The translations under genes were made by a program, and so were the position numbers. From the IMG/VR virus record IMGVR_UViG_3300037048_000222, positions 1-33,258 of that record: a stretch of 33,258 nucleotides of DNA; one strand, 5' to 3'. The notes under the pieces were generated by a model. It worked only from the letters and a program-made list of their open reading frames with translations. It did no database searches and was not told the origin of the DNA. Positions 17,902-25,934 of the stretch are shown one piece after another (positions within the stretch are counted from its first letter, which is position 1; the number at the start of each line of letters is the position of its first letter). The stretch comes from a virus (lineage: Duplodnaviria > Caudoviricetes).

Positions 17902-19170
17902 TCAGTCCGTCGAACCGGCAGTGAAATGCACTTCGATGAACTCGGGCCGGAATTGCTGGAACTTCAGGAAGCCGCGCCAGCCGTAGCGGTTGATCATCTG
18001 CAGGTCGTCGATCTTGGGCGGGAAGATGGGGGTGGGGCGCTCGCCGCAGCCCACCACGACCGCCGGCCCGCCGATAAAGATCGAGCCGTGCAGGTCGATG
18101 CCGTTGGTGACCAGGTCGCCCGCGGCGTGCGTTTTAAGCAGCGGCTTTTCAAATACCAGCCGGTTCTGGCCCACGTCAATGGCGACGATGCGCCGTGTTT
18201 CCTGCTCGCCGTCGCTCTCGATGGGCGGGTTGCCGGCCCCGGATACGCCCACGTTGTGAATGGTGACGGACTGCCCGACCGTAAAGCCGGTCACGCTGGC
18301 AACTGCCACATAGCGCACGGAGTTGGCCTGGCCGACGATGTAGACCTGGTCCACGGATGCCGCCGAACCCTGGCCGGGGACGGTGGGTGAAGCCAGCGTG
18401 GTTTGGGTGATGACCGCTCCGTGATTTTTGAGCACCTGGCGGTTGGTGCGCACGTAGCGCACGCCGGCCCAGGTGCCGACTTCATTGGTGAATTTGCGAC
18501 CGGAGGCGTGGTAGTTCTGCACCTCCAGCCAGCCGGAGCCGGCTGCGGTACGGATATCGTGGATCACGCGCGGCGTGGTGATGCATACGATGGCTCCACC
18601 CTCGCCGTCCTGCACCCCGATAATGCCGGGCACTTCGGCTTCTTCCAGGTGGGTGCGGGCCAGCTCGCCCAGGTCCGGGTCGAACAGGTCCGCCTGCGTG
18701 ATGGCGATGCGGCTGGCGCGCTGCCCGCCGGCGTAGATCGGATAGGGGTGGGACAGGAAAGCGTTGCGAGCCAGGATATCCAGCATGTCGCGCATGTTCT
18801 GCCCGATCTTATCCTTGACCAGGCCCTTAATATCGCCGCGGTTGACGTACTGCACGATATCGGCGTAATCCGAGAACTTCAGCGTGTCGCCGTGCACTTC
18901 CAGCCCGATCTGCACCGAGCGGCTGTCCAGGTGCGCGCCGCGCAGCCACAGGTCCTGCTCGGAGAGCGGGTTGTAGTTGGGGTCGGTATCGAACACTTCG
19001 GTATAGTTGATAATGCCGGTATCCTTGGCGCGGAAATCCTCTTTCCACACGCAGAACGGCACCATAATAGACTTCACCCGCAGCGTCTCCAGCAGCACGC
19101 TTTCGTAGTACGTGCGCTGCCAGGCCGGCAGGCTGGTCGAATACATTACTCCAGACTGGTACTCAGCCAT
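17902..19170 (-). CDS. Major capsid protein (N4-gp56-like family, HK97 fold)
   Basis: 422 aa after the scaffold gene. Motifs include TYYESVLLETLR, CITTPRVIHDIR, NEVGTWAGVRYVRT and C-terminal IDDLQMINRYGW. Confidence 0.85.
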   Translation of the reverse strand: MAEYQSGVMYSTSLPAWQRTYYESVLLETLRVKSIMVPFCVWKEDFRAKDTGIINYTEVFDTDPNYNPLSEQDLWLRGAHLDSRSVQIGLEVHGDTLKFSDYADIVQYVNRGDIKGLVKDKIGQNMRDMLDILARNAFLSHPYPIYAGGQRASRIAITQADLFDPDLGELARTHLEEAEVPGIIGVQDGEGGAIVCITTPRVIHDIRTAAGSGWLEVQNYHASGRKFTNEVGTWAGVRYVRTNRQVLKNHGAVITQTTLASPTVPGQGSAASVDQVYIVGQANSVRYVAVASVTGFTVGQSVTIHNVGVSGAGNPPIESDGEQETRRIVAIDVGQNRLVFEKPLLKTHAAGDLVTNGIDLHGSIFIGGPAVVVGCGERPTPIFPPKIDDLQMINRYGWRGFLKFQQFRPEFIEVHFTAGSTD

Positions 19171-19186
19171 TCATCACCTCATCAGG

Positions 19187-19816
19187 CTATTTGTTCTTGC
19201 TCTCCAGGAACTTGTAGTAGTCGTCCCACGCCTTGCTTCGTTCGGTGGAGCCGAGCGGCAGGCTTTCGATGTGCCGGTTCCAATCCGCTTCGTTGGCGGG
19301 GGCGCTGGCGATCTTGGTCTGGAGAGAGGACGTTCCAGGGGTTGCCCCGGCGAGCAGCTGCTTCTCGCGCTCGGTCACTGCGGCGTCTGCAAAGCCGGCA
19401 AACTCTTTAAGGACGGTCTCCAGCGCTTCCCCGTCGGTCAGGTTGGGGATGCTGTCGATGATCCTGAGCAGGTCGGGCCGGTTCAGCTTCCTGGCGGTCT
19501 CGACCTTAAGCTTCAAGGCCCGCAGTGCGTTCAGTTCAGCCTCAGCTGCCGATGCAGTTTGCACAGCGCTTTGCAGCTGCTTGTCTCGCTCGCTGATGGC
19601 GACCGTTTTTTCGGTGTCCTTCAGGGACAGTTGCGCCTTTAGCTGCTCGATTTCCGAGGACTTCAGGGCAAGCTGGTCTGTCAGGCCACGGTTCGCCAGC
19701 GTGAGCTGCTCGACCTTCTGGACCATGCCAGTAAAGCGAGCCTGTTCTACATACCCAGTGGGCGCCTGCTGGTGAGAGGTGTCCTGCTCATCAGGGGTGA
19801 TCGGGGTGTCTGTCAT
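19187..19816 (-). CDS. Capsid scaffolding protein
   Basis: GGAGG RBS before ATG 19816; long coiled coil; lies between portal and capsid genes. Confidence 0.75.
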   Translation of the reverse strand: MTDTPITPDEQDTSHQQAPTGYVEQARFTGMVQKVEQLTLANRGLTDQLALKSSEIEQLKAQLSLKDTEKTVAISERDKQLQSAVQTASAAEAELNALRALKLKVETARKLNRPDLLRIIDSIPNLTDGEALETVLKEFAGFADAAVTEREKQLLAGATPGTSSLQTKIASAPANEADWNRHIESLPLGSTERSKAWDDYYKFLESKNK

Positions 19817-19817
19817 T

Positions 19818-19967
19818 TCATTCCTCCGCCTGTTTTGCAACAAGCTGCGCCAACGCAAATACCGCCTGGTTGGTCTGTTCCAGTAAGGCTTGAATTTCGA
19901 CGAGCTTGCGCTCGATCTCGTTTAGGCCGCGGTCGCACTCAACGCAGTTCTTGCTCGATGGCTGCAT
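19818..19967 (-). CDS. Small hypothetical protein (49 aa, CxxC plus coiled coil)
   Basis: Below the ORF-track cutoff. AAGGA RBS, MQPSSKNCVECDRGLNEIERKLVEIQALLEQTNQAVFALAQLVAKQAEE; stop lies 1 nt before the scaffold ATG. Confidence 0.6.
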   Translation of the reverse strand: MQPSSKNCVECDRGLNEIERKLVEIQALLEQTNQAVFALAQLVAKQAEE

Positions 19968-20091
19968 TCTTTTCCTTTGGGTGTTGGCGTTTCCGGTACC
20001 GGATACGGTCGTACCTGGACCAGTCCAGGCTTATTCCGGGATAAGTGAGCTCATCACTTTTTTCTGGTAAATGTTGGGACCGGGTTTTCAT
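19939..20091 (-). CDS. Small basic hypothetical protein (50 aa)
   Basis: ATG overlaps the portal stop (ATGA). MKTRSQHLPEKSDELTYPGISLDWSRYDRIRYRKRQHPKEKNAAIEQELR fills the gap. Confidence 0.4.
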   Translation of the reverse strand: MKTRSQHLPEKSDELTYPGISLDWSRYDRIRYRKRQHPKEKNAAIEQELR

Positions 20092-21587
20092 TCGGCCTTC
20101 TTTGTCGTTTGCGGCGTCAGCTTGCCGGCCTGTGCTTCCTGCACGTCGCTTGAGGACTGCTGGAACTCCTTGAGCGCTTTCATCAATTCTTCGTCCTGCA
20201 GCATGGCTTTGATGCGCTCGACCTCACCTGGCCCGCGCCCCAGGATCTTCTGGGATGTTTCCAGGGAGATGGCGGGTGGAGTGGTGGAGAGCAGCTTGAC
20301 CACTTCATCCACCGTTGCCTGGTGGTCGCGCGGCAGCACCGGCGCGAAGGAGGGGATCACGCGCCGCTCGATGATGCTCTTGACCGCCCGGGCGGGAATG
20401 TCGGAGAAGTTCTTCTGCTGCAGGATCCTGGCGGACATCCACAAGGCACGCGCAATGCCGCTGCCCATATAAGCCCGCATGCGCCGGGTGGCTTTGATCA
20501 GCGGCCACATGCGGATCTCTAAAGTGGAGCCCGAGCGCTGCGAGCCTTCATCCTCGCCAAAGGAGATGGGCGGGGCAAAAGAAGAAGTGCGCGCCCAGTC
20601 GTACAGGAAAGAGACGTGCTTGTGCGCCCCTTCGCCGGTGGCGGCCTTGGCCTCCAGCAGGCCCACTTCCGGGGGCGGGGTGCTGCCGATCTGCCGGCCC
20701 AAATCCCACAGGGCATTGGGCCCGAGCGGGAAGTGGCGGGCGTTAAAGCTGCGCGGCAGGTTGCGGCCCCAACGCACGGGGTGGGCGTTGTAGTTGAGCG
20801 CTTCCCCGATATCCGCCACGCGCGCGTTCAGCTCGTCCTGCACCGAGATGATGTCTTCGGTGAGCGCATCGCCCCACCAGTTGGTCGAGCGCAGGCGCGG
20901 GATGAAGACGAAGGGCACGAACCCCCACGGGTTGACGCCCGAGTAGGCTTCGATGCGCGTGCCGTCGACTTTGTTCTCATAGCTGCTGCGGGTCCAGTGC
21001 TCGACCCGGTAGATGATCTCGCCTGAACTGGAGACGCCGTATGCGCCTTGCGCCTGCTCGGAGGTCATGGGGGTGACCACGTACACTTCCAGCAGGATAT
21101 CGGCGTCGTCCGGGTCCCACACCGGGAAGAAATTCTGGATCGGCACGTGATACCACTGGATGTGGCCGGGTTTGGACAGGTTGGGCGTGACCTTGACCAC
21201 ACCGCCGCCGTAGATGTTCATATCCAGCGCCACTTCCCACAGCATGGTGTCGCCGTTGGAGGAGCGCAGGATCTCAGCGGACAGCTCGATGGCCTGCCGG
21301 ATGGGGTCATCCACTGCCACGTCCTTGCGGGCCTCGAAGGAGATAATCTGGTCTTCCCATTCGCCGAACAGGCTATCGGTCTGGGCTAGGCACAGCATCT
21401 TGACCAGGTTGATGCCCACCGGGTACATCAGGGGCGCATCTTCGCCGGCCTCGTCTGGGATGTGTTCGGAGAAGACCAGCCCGTCATAGTAGCGGGCGTA
21501 CTTCTCTCGTAACGCAATTTCGCTCTCCCAGGCGAGAGAGCTGACGGAAGAGACGCTGCCCAGGTCTGACCACTGCGGAAAGTGCAT
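20088..21587 (-). CDS. Portal protein (SPP1 gp6-like)
   Basis: 499 aa with RYYDG, INLVK...DSLFGE, NPWGFVPFVFIP, IISVQDELN, SGSTLEIRMWPL and ISLET motifs. Confidence 0.9.
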   Translation of the reverse strand: MHFPQWSDLGSVSSVSSLAWESEIALREKYARYYDGLVFSEHIPDEAGEDAPLMYPVGINLVKMLCLAQTDSLFGEWEDQIISFEARKDVAVDDPIRQAIELSAEILRSSNGDTMLWEVALDMNIYGGGVVKVTPNLSKPGHIQWYHVPIQNFFPVWDPDDADILLEVYVVTPMTSEQAQGAYGVSSSGEIIYRVEHWTRSSYENKVDGTRIEAYSGVNPWGFVPFVFIPRLRSTNWWGDALTEDIISVQDELNARVADIGEALNYNAHPVRWGRNLPRSFNARHFPLGPNALWDLGRQIGSTPPPEVGLLEAKAATGEGAHKHVSFLYDWARTSSFAPPISFGEDEGSQRSGSTLEIRMWPLIKATRRMRAYMGSGIARALWMSARILQQKNFSDIPARAVKSIIERRVIPSFAPVLPRDHQATVDEVVKLLSTTPPAISLETSQKILGRGPGEVERIKAMLQDEELMKALKEFQQSSSDVQEAQAGKLTPQTTKKAE

Positions 21588-21601
21588 GGACCACCTTGTA
21601 G

Positions 21602-21639
21602 AAACAAAAAGAGGGCTGAGAATTTGTCTCTCAGCCCTC
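21602..21639 (-). terminator. Intrinsic terminator inside the late operon, just upstream of portal
   Basis: Perfect 11-bp stem GAGGGCTGAGA/TCTCAGCCCTC, 7-nt loop, followed by UUUUUGUUU on the minus strand. Confidence 0.85.
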
Positions 21640-21642
21640 CGG

Positions 21643-21927
21643 TTATTCGGTCGGGAACTTGATCTTCTTGCGGCACTTGAAGCCGTTTAGTTTTTGGTCC
21701 ACCTGGGCGATGGTCGGGCTGCCTTCGTGGACGTGCAGGATCGAGATGTACTGCAGCCCGTTCCTGATCTCGCAGATCAAAGAGCGCTCCGCGCCGTTGA
21801 TCTCCATCACATGGGTGACTTCCCCGGCGCTGATCTCCATACCGTACAGCTCGCCGAACTTCAGCGCCCGCAGCGTTTGGAGGAGCCGGGCTTCATTGTC
21901 CGTTACTGCTACCTGGTATCGTATCAT
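21643..21927 (-). CDS. Tandem DUF2292/YezD-like small protein (putative transcription antiterminator)
   Basis: Two similar halves, EARLLQTLRALKFGELYGMEISAGEV and ERSLICEIRNGLQYISILHVHEGSP...KKIKF, resembling the DUF2292 pattern L..I.FG.V.I.VHDG.....EKIRF. Confidence 0.6.
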   Translation of the reverse strand: MIRYQVAVTDNEARLLQTLRALKFGELYGMEISAGEVTHVMEINGAERSLICEIRNGLQYISILHVHEGSPTIAQVDQKLNGFKCRKKIKFPTE

Positions 21928-21940
21928 GTTCGCTCCGCGC

Positions 21941-21978
21941 TGTCAAGTATAAATTCCATTTGGAATGTGTAAATTGCA
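21941..21978 (-). promoter_or_regulatory. Internal sigma70-type promoter overlapped by a tandem operator
   Basis: TTTACA (21973-21968), 16 bp, TATACT (21951-21946). Operator units TGCAATT-TACA-CATTCCA and TGGAATT-TATA-CTTGACA, separated by 2 bp. Confidence 0.65.
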
Positions 21979-22200
21979 AGCCATGCAGGGGCAGCCTTTC
22001 TGCTGGTAGTTCTGGCAGTACCGCCGGCCGTCTTTAGGAGCGACGATCGTCTTGCCGGTCAGCGCGCAGCGTTCCAGCTCGTTCTTGTTGTGGATGGCCT
22101 TGTAATAGACCAGCCGGTGTCTGCACCAGGTGCAGTCGTTGTGGTGGATGATGCGCTCGAGCTTGTTCCACTGGAAGATGTTTCCGGTACCGGAAGTCAC
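21943..22200 (-). CDS. Cys-rich putative zinc-binding protein (85 aa)
   Basis: CTWC...C...C...CPCMAC; start overlaps the terminase stop (GTGA). Confidence 0.65.
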   Translation of the reverse strand: MTSGTGNIFQWNKLERIIHHNDCTWCRHRLVYYKAIHNKNELERCALTGKTIVAPKDGRRYCQNYQQKGCPCMACNLHIPNGIYT

Positions 22201-23690
22201 CGCCGCCTGCGCCGGTTGGTGCGGATATCGCGGTTGCGGAAGTTGGCTCGCTCGGCGTTGACGTTCTGCTCCTCTTCCTGCTGCGGAATATACCTGGATA
22301 AAAAGGCCACTTCGGCCAGCGCCATGACGATATCCTGGGGAACCTTGTTATCGGTCTCGCGCGTGTAAGAGCCCATCTGCCGTTGAATACCGCGGATCAC
22401 TGGCCATGAAATCGAGTGGTCGGCCACAGCCGTGATCAGTGAATTGATCATGGCATTCTTGTCCCGCCCAAAGTTGATCCCGTCCACGGATATGCCGTGG
22501 TTTTCGAAGGCCAGCTCGTCGATCGCCTTCTGCGTGCCGGTGGTATCCACGCCTTTCAAGACTGGGCGGTACTTGTTGATGGCATACTTGTACGAAAGCA
22601 GGAAAGGTGTATAAGCGCCCCTGCCATCGATCCAGTGGAAATACACGATCTGGTTGGGCTGTTTGGACACATCCAAAACGGCCACAACCGGGGCGTTGCG
22701 GCGGGGCGGGCCGTCCGTGCCTGGGTCGCCGCCCATGACATACACGCCTTTCGGATCCGCCGGCAGTTCAAATAAAGTCACGCCGTAGCGGGGATGCTCC
22801 TCCATGCGGTAGCCTGGTTTGGGCTTGCCGCTTTCCGGCCTGAGCCCCAGTTCCACCGCGTCGTTCAGGGACTGGTCCGTGCAGGCTTCGACATGCACCG
22901 AGGGGAACATCGACATGCCGTAGTCGGGGAAGAAGCCGCGCAGCTCCACGTCGATCATGTCGTCCGAGTACTCTTCTTCCATCAGGCGGATGGTATTCGG
23001 CGTCAGGCGAATATTGTCATAGGTGGCGATGCGCATCGAGAAGAAGTCGTTCAGGCTGGCTTCTGGGTTTTGCTTCCAACCCTTGAGAAAACGTTCCTTG
23101 AGCCAGGCGGTTGCGGTGGGGGAGGTGGTCATATCCAGGCGGTTCATGCGCTGCGTGCCATCCGGGCGCACGCCTCTCAGGCGGCCTCTCAAGACCTTCA
23201 CGGTCTCTCCGACCACATCCAGCCCGGCTTCGTCGTAGTTGATGCGGTCAAACTCCTGGCCGCGAATAAAGCGCCCATCTTTGCCGGCGGTCCGGAAGAT
23301 CCACTCGGCGTAGTTCTTAAAGCGAATCGTGGGATAGGGCCGCAGCACGATGTCGTCGATCAGATGCTCCAGCCTGGGGTTGCCTTCGATCCAGGGCATG
23401 ACCATCTCAAACGGCAGCTCGGCCTGCTTGGCAGTGACGGACGTGTTCAGGCAGCGAAAGAAGGGGGTGGTGATGCAGTCCATCATGTAAGAGGCCGCCA
23501 CAGATGTGGTTTTCCCCGTAGCGATGCCGGCGATGAAAGTGGTGTTGGGGATCATGGACTGGTGGAACATGTACTGGTACCAGATCGGCTCCCAGCCGCG
23601 CAGGTACCACTGCGTGGCGATGTGAAACTCGCCGTGCTGGCGCAGGGCGCGCGGCAGCATCTCCAGGTCGCCGTCCGTCAGCAGGCTCAT
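22197..23690 (-). CDS. terL: Terminase large subunit
   Basis: Walker A AGIATGKT, IRGQEFD, Walker B INYDEAG, coupling motif TTSP, TYDN; nuclease domain with GGDPG, GVDTTG and QDIVMALA. Confidence 0.93.
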   Translation of the reverse strand: MSLLTDGDLEMLPRALRQHGEFHIATQWYLRGWEPIWYQYMFHQSMIPNTTFIAGIATGKTTSVAASYMMDCITTPFFRCLNTSVTAKQAELPFEMVMPWIEGNPRLEHLIDDIVLRPYPTIRFKNYAEWIFRTAGKDGRFIRGQEFDRINYDEAGLDVVGETVKVLRGRLRGVRPDGTQRMNRLDMTTSPTATAWLKERFLKGWKQNPEASLNDFFSMRIATYDNIRLTPNTIRLMEEEYSDDMIDVELRGFFPDYGMSMFPSVHVEACTDQSLNDAVELGLRPESGKPKPGYRMEEHPRYGVTLFELPADPKGVYVMGGDPGTDGPPRRNAPVVAVLDVSKQPNQIVYFHWIDGRGAYTPFLLSYKYAINKYRPVLKGVDTTGTQKAIDELAFENHGISVDGINFGRDKNAMINSLITAVADHSISWPVIRGIQRQMGSYTRETDNKVPQDIVMALAEVAFLSRYIPQQEEEQNVNAERANFRNRDIRTNRRRRR

Positions 23691-23932
23691 TCGGTTTCCG
23701 GTATCTGAAACGTCCAGCGCCCGCCGTACACGAAGAGGTTGCGCGTGCCTTTGCGCCGGATTTTCTTGAAGCGCACCAGTTCATCGATGTAGAATTTCGC
23801 CATCGACTTGGAGCTGATCTTCGCCCCTGCCAGGATCTCATCTAAGGATGGCGAAGCCCCGTCATTTTCTCGCTTGTAGTGCAGGATAAAATCGAACACG
23901 CGCTGGGCGCGCTCGCTAAGCGTGTTTTTCAA
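23687..23932 (-). CDS. LexA N-terminal-type winged-HTH DNA-binding protein lacking the peptidase domain
   Basis: LSERAQRVFDFILHYKRENDGASPSLDEILAGAKISSKSMAKFYIDELVRFKKIRR matches the LexA DNA-binding-domain pattern; only 81 aa; GGAGG RBS. Confidence 0.85.
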   Translation of the reverse strand: MKNTLSERAQRVFDFILHYKRENDGASPSLDEILAGAKISSKSMAKFYIDELVRFKKIRRKGTRNLFVYGGRWTFQIPETE

Positions 23933-23946
23933 TAAAGCCTCCCATT

Positions 23947-24660
23947 TTATAAGCTGTCTGCCACTTGCCTGACCAGCGCCACGGCCTGCTCGAGCAGACC
24001 CTTGTTATTGACTACCGTCCCGCCCACTTCGACCAGGCTGAGATACGTCACGGTCCCTTCCCGGATGCAGACCCAGGTATCAAAGGGATACAGCTGCGCC
24101 CAATCGCCGGATACTTTTGAGACTTCTACTTGCGTCCCAACTGGCAGGCCGGGGCCAATGCGCGAAAAGCTCTTGCCCGGCCCGCTGCGGACGGCCAGGC
24201 CCAGGCTGTTGAGCACGGTTCCCTTGAATTTAATATCCGCCGGGTTGGTGAGAAACGGCCAGGGGTCAATGGCATTGTTGTTGAGCCGCAGCTCGAAGTG
24301 CAAATGCGCTCCATTGGGACCGGGTGGGCGGCAGTTGCCCGAATAGCCGGACAGCCCGACCAACTGGCCGGTGGTGACGAGGTCATTCACTTTGACTTTG
24401 ATCTCGCTCAGGTGTCCGTTGATGGTCAGGTAGCCGCCGCCGTGGTCGATCCTGACCTGGTTACCGTACCCAGCCGCATCCAGCCCATCGGCGCGCACCA
24501 CCTTGCCTGGAGCGGGGGCCAGAATTTGGGTGCCGGTGTTAACCGCCCAATCCACCCCGCCGTTATACGAGGCCAGGTTGTTGGCAATGCGGTAGTCTAC
24601 GTGCTGCTGGTAGGTGAACGACACCCGTGATGTTTTTGGTACTGGGAAAGCCAGCTTCAT
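23947..24660 (-). CDS. Endolysin: M23 peptidase plus SH3b-like cell-wall binding domain
   Basis: NGGVDW, APAPGKV, GYGNQVRIDH, GHL, GLSGYSG and HLHFELR motifs, then LAVRSGPGKSFSRIG (SH3b). Confidence 0.9.
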   Translation of the reverse strand: MKLAFPVPKTSRVSFTYQQHVDYRIANNLASYNGGVDWAVNTGTQILAPAPGKVVRADGLDAAGYGNQVRIDHGGGYLTINGHLSEIKVKVNDLVTTGQLVGLSGYSGNCRPPGPNGAHLHFELRLNNNAIDPWPFLTNPADIKFKGTVLNSLGLAVRSGPGKSFSRIGPGLPVGTQVEVSKVSGDWAQLYPFDTWVCIREGTVTYLSLVEVGGTVVNNKGLLEQAVALVRQVADSL

Positions 24661-24663
24661 CTT

Positions 24664-24957
24664 TTACTCCGTTTCCGATATCGGATAGCCGTACAGGGCA
24701 TTCAAAATAGACTGGAGGACAGCTGCCGGTATTTTGCGCGCCTGGGCTTCATCATGGTGCTTGCGGCACAGCGTGATCAAATTCTCTTTGGTGTCTGCCC
24801 CGCCGGCCCCTTTAAAGTGGATGTGATGCGGATCGAGGCCGCCCGAGCACCCATCTCTGCGCCACATCCCATACAGGCATGCCCCATCTCTCACCTGGAC
24901 CACCCATTTCAGTACCTTTTTATCCCTGGTCGTGCCAGGTTTTGCCTTTTCGGTCAA
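24664..24957 (-). CDS. HNH endonuclease
   Basis: RDGAC...C...DPHHIHFKGAGGADTKENLITLCRKHH. Confidence 0.9.
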   Translation of the reverse strand: MTEKAKPGTTRDKKVLKWVVQVRDGACLYGMWRRDGCSGGLDPHHIHFKGAGGADTKENLITLCRKHHDEAQARKIPAAVLQSILNALYGYPISETE

Positions 24958-25430
24958 TAGCGCAGCCGCCGCTCAAAGAGCTCATACGGTTGGTGTAGGT
25001 CAACCACGGGTATCTCATGGCAGGGCGTAAAGCGGGTGGTATTCAATTTAGCCGACAAAATCTCATCTTTCAGCGCATAGCCCAACACCGTGCCGTACTT
25101 GTGCTTCATGTGCACCGCTGCCATTAGCACGATCGGCGCCTTTACCTCTTTCCACACCGGCCACTGCAGGTAGCGGAATGAGACCCTGCTGGTCAGCTGG
25201 GTGGTTTTCACATCCATCTTCACCCCGCCGAAAACCAGGTCCGTGCCGTTGTCGAAACAGGAATGCACTCGCTCCGGTAGGCCCAGGAACCGCCGCGCGA
25301 TAATCTCGCCAGCCACGCCCAACACTTCTATTTCCTCGCCATAGTTGTCGATGTGATTGGCGGTCTTGTTGCGCGCGAGACGGCTCCTGGCAATACTCAG
25401 GATGTAGTCCCAGGAGCCGGTGAGGTCCAT
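24954..25430 (-). CDS. Putative PD-(D/E)xK nuclease-fold protein
   Basis: GVAGEIIARRFL helix, GTDL and MDVKT motifs. Confidence 0.55.
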   Translation of the reverse strand: MDLTGSWDYILSIARSRLARNKTANHIDNYGEEIEVLGVAGEIIARRFLGLPERVHSCFDNGTDLVFGGVKMDVKTTQLTSRVSFRYLQWPVWKEVKAPIVLMAAVHMKHKYGTVLGYALKDEILSAKLNTTRFTPCHEIPVVDLHQPYELFERRLRY

Positions 25431-25431
25431 C

Positions 25432-25800
25432 TTACGAAATCTCCGTGATCAGATCGTATTCCTGCTTCTCGGCCTTCACGATATGGACCGCTTCTTCGAT
25501 CAGCTTGTCAATGTAGGTGTAGTCAAAAGGGAGGTTCTTTTCAGCGGCGTATTTGGTCAGCCAGCCGATGGCGAGCTCTTTCTTCTTGGCAGGGTCGAGC
25601 TCCTCATAGATGGGGCTCTGCTTGAGCGTGCGCACAAACAGGATTGCCATTTCTTTGCCGAGCAGCAGGTTGTTGGCGCCTAAACGGCCTTCCAGGTACG
25701 TCAGCCCCACCGCAGCCAGCCCTTTCACGATATAGACCACCAGGCCAACGAGCGCCAGTGCGATTGCTGAGAAGAGGTTCTGGATCAAAACTGGGTCCAT
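25432..25800 (-). CDS. Holin (LL-H-like family)
   Basis: AAGGAG RBS; one N-terminal TM helix, then KKKELA and IDKLIEEAVH motifs typical of LL-H-type holins. Confidence 0.75.
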   Translation of the reverse strand: MDPVLIQNLFSAIALALVGLVVYIVKGLAAVGLTYLEGRLGANNLLLGKEMAILFVRTLKQSPIYEELDPAKKKELAIGWLTKYAAEKNLPFDYTYIDKLIEEAVHIVKAEKQEYDLITEIS

Positions 25801-25814
25801 GCGTTTCTCCTTTG

Positions 25815-25861
25815 TGGAATTTAGTAATTCCAATTATAATTCTTAAGTTCCAACAAGTCAA
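25815..25861 (-). promoter_or_regulatory. Near-consensus sigma70 promoter of the lysis/packaging operon with tandem operator
   Basis: TTGACT (25861-25856), 17 bp, TATAAT (25838-25833). Operator units TGGAACT-TAAG-AATTATA (25852-25835) and the perfect TGGAATT-ACTA-AATTCCA (25832-25815). Confidence 0.85.
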
Positions 25862-25934
25862 CCGGCAGGTTCGAGTCAATTCGGCTGCAGCGGCAAATGG
25901 ATGAGGCTTAACTACGAGAAAAGGTTTCGAATGA

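Noticed and set aside
8194-21489. Many long plus-strand ORFs (e.g. 8194-9261, 12019-12918, 17524-18390, 18403-19410)
   Set aside because: Antisense shadows of GC-rich minus-strand structural genes, without RBS or family motifs.
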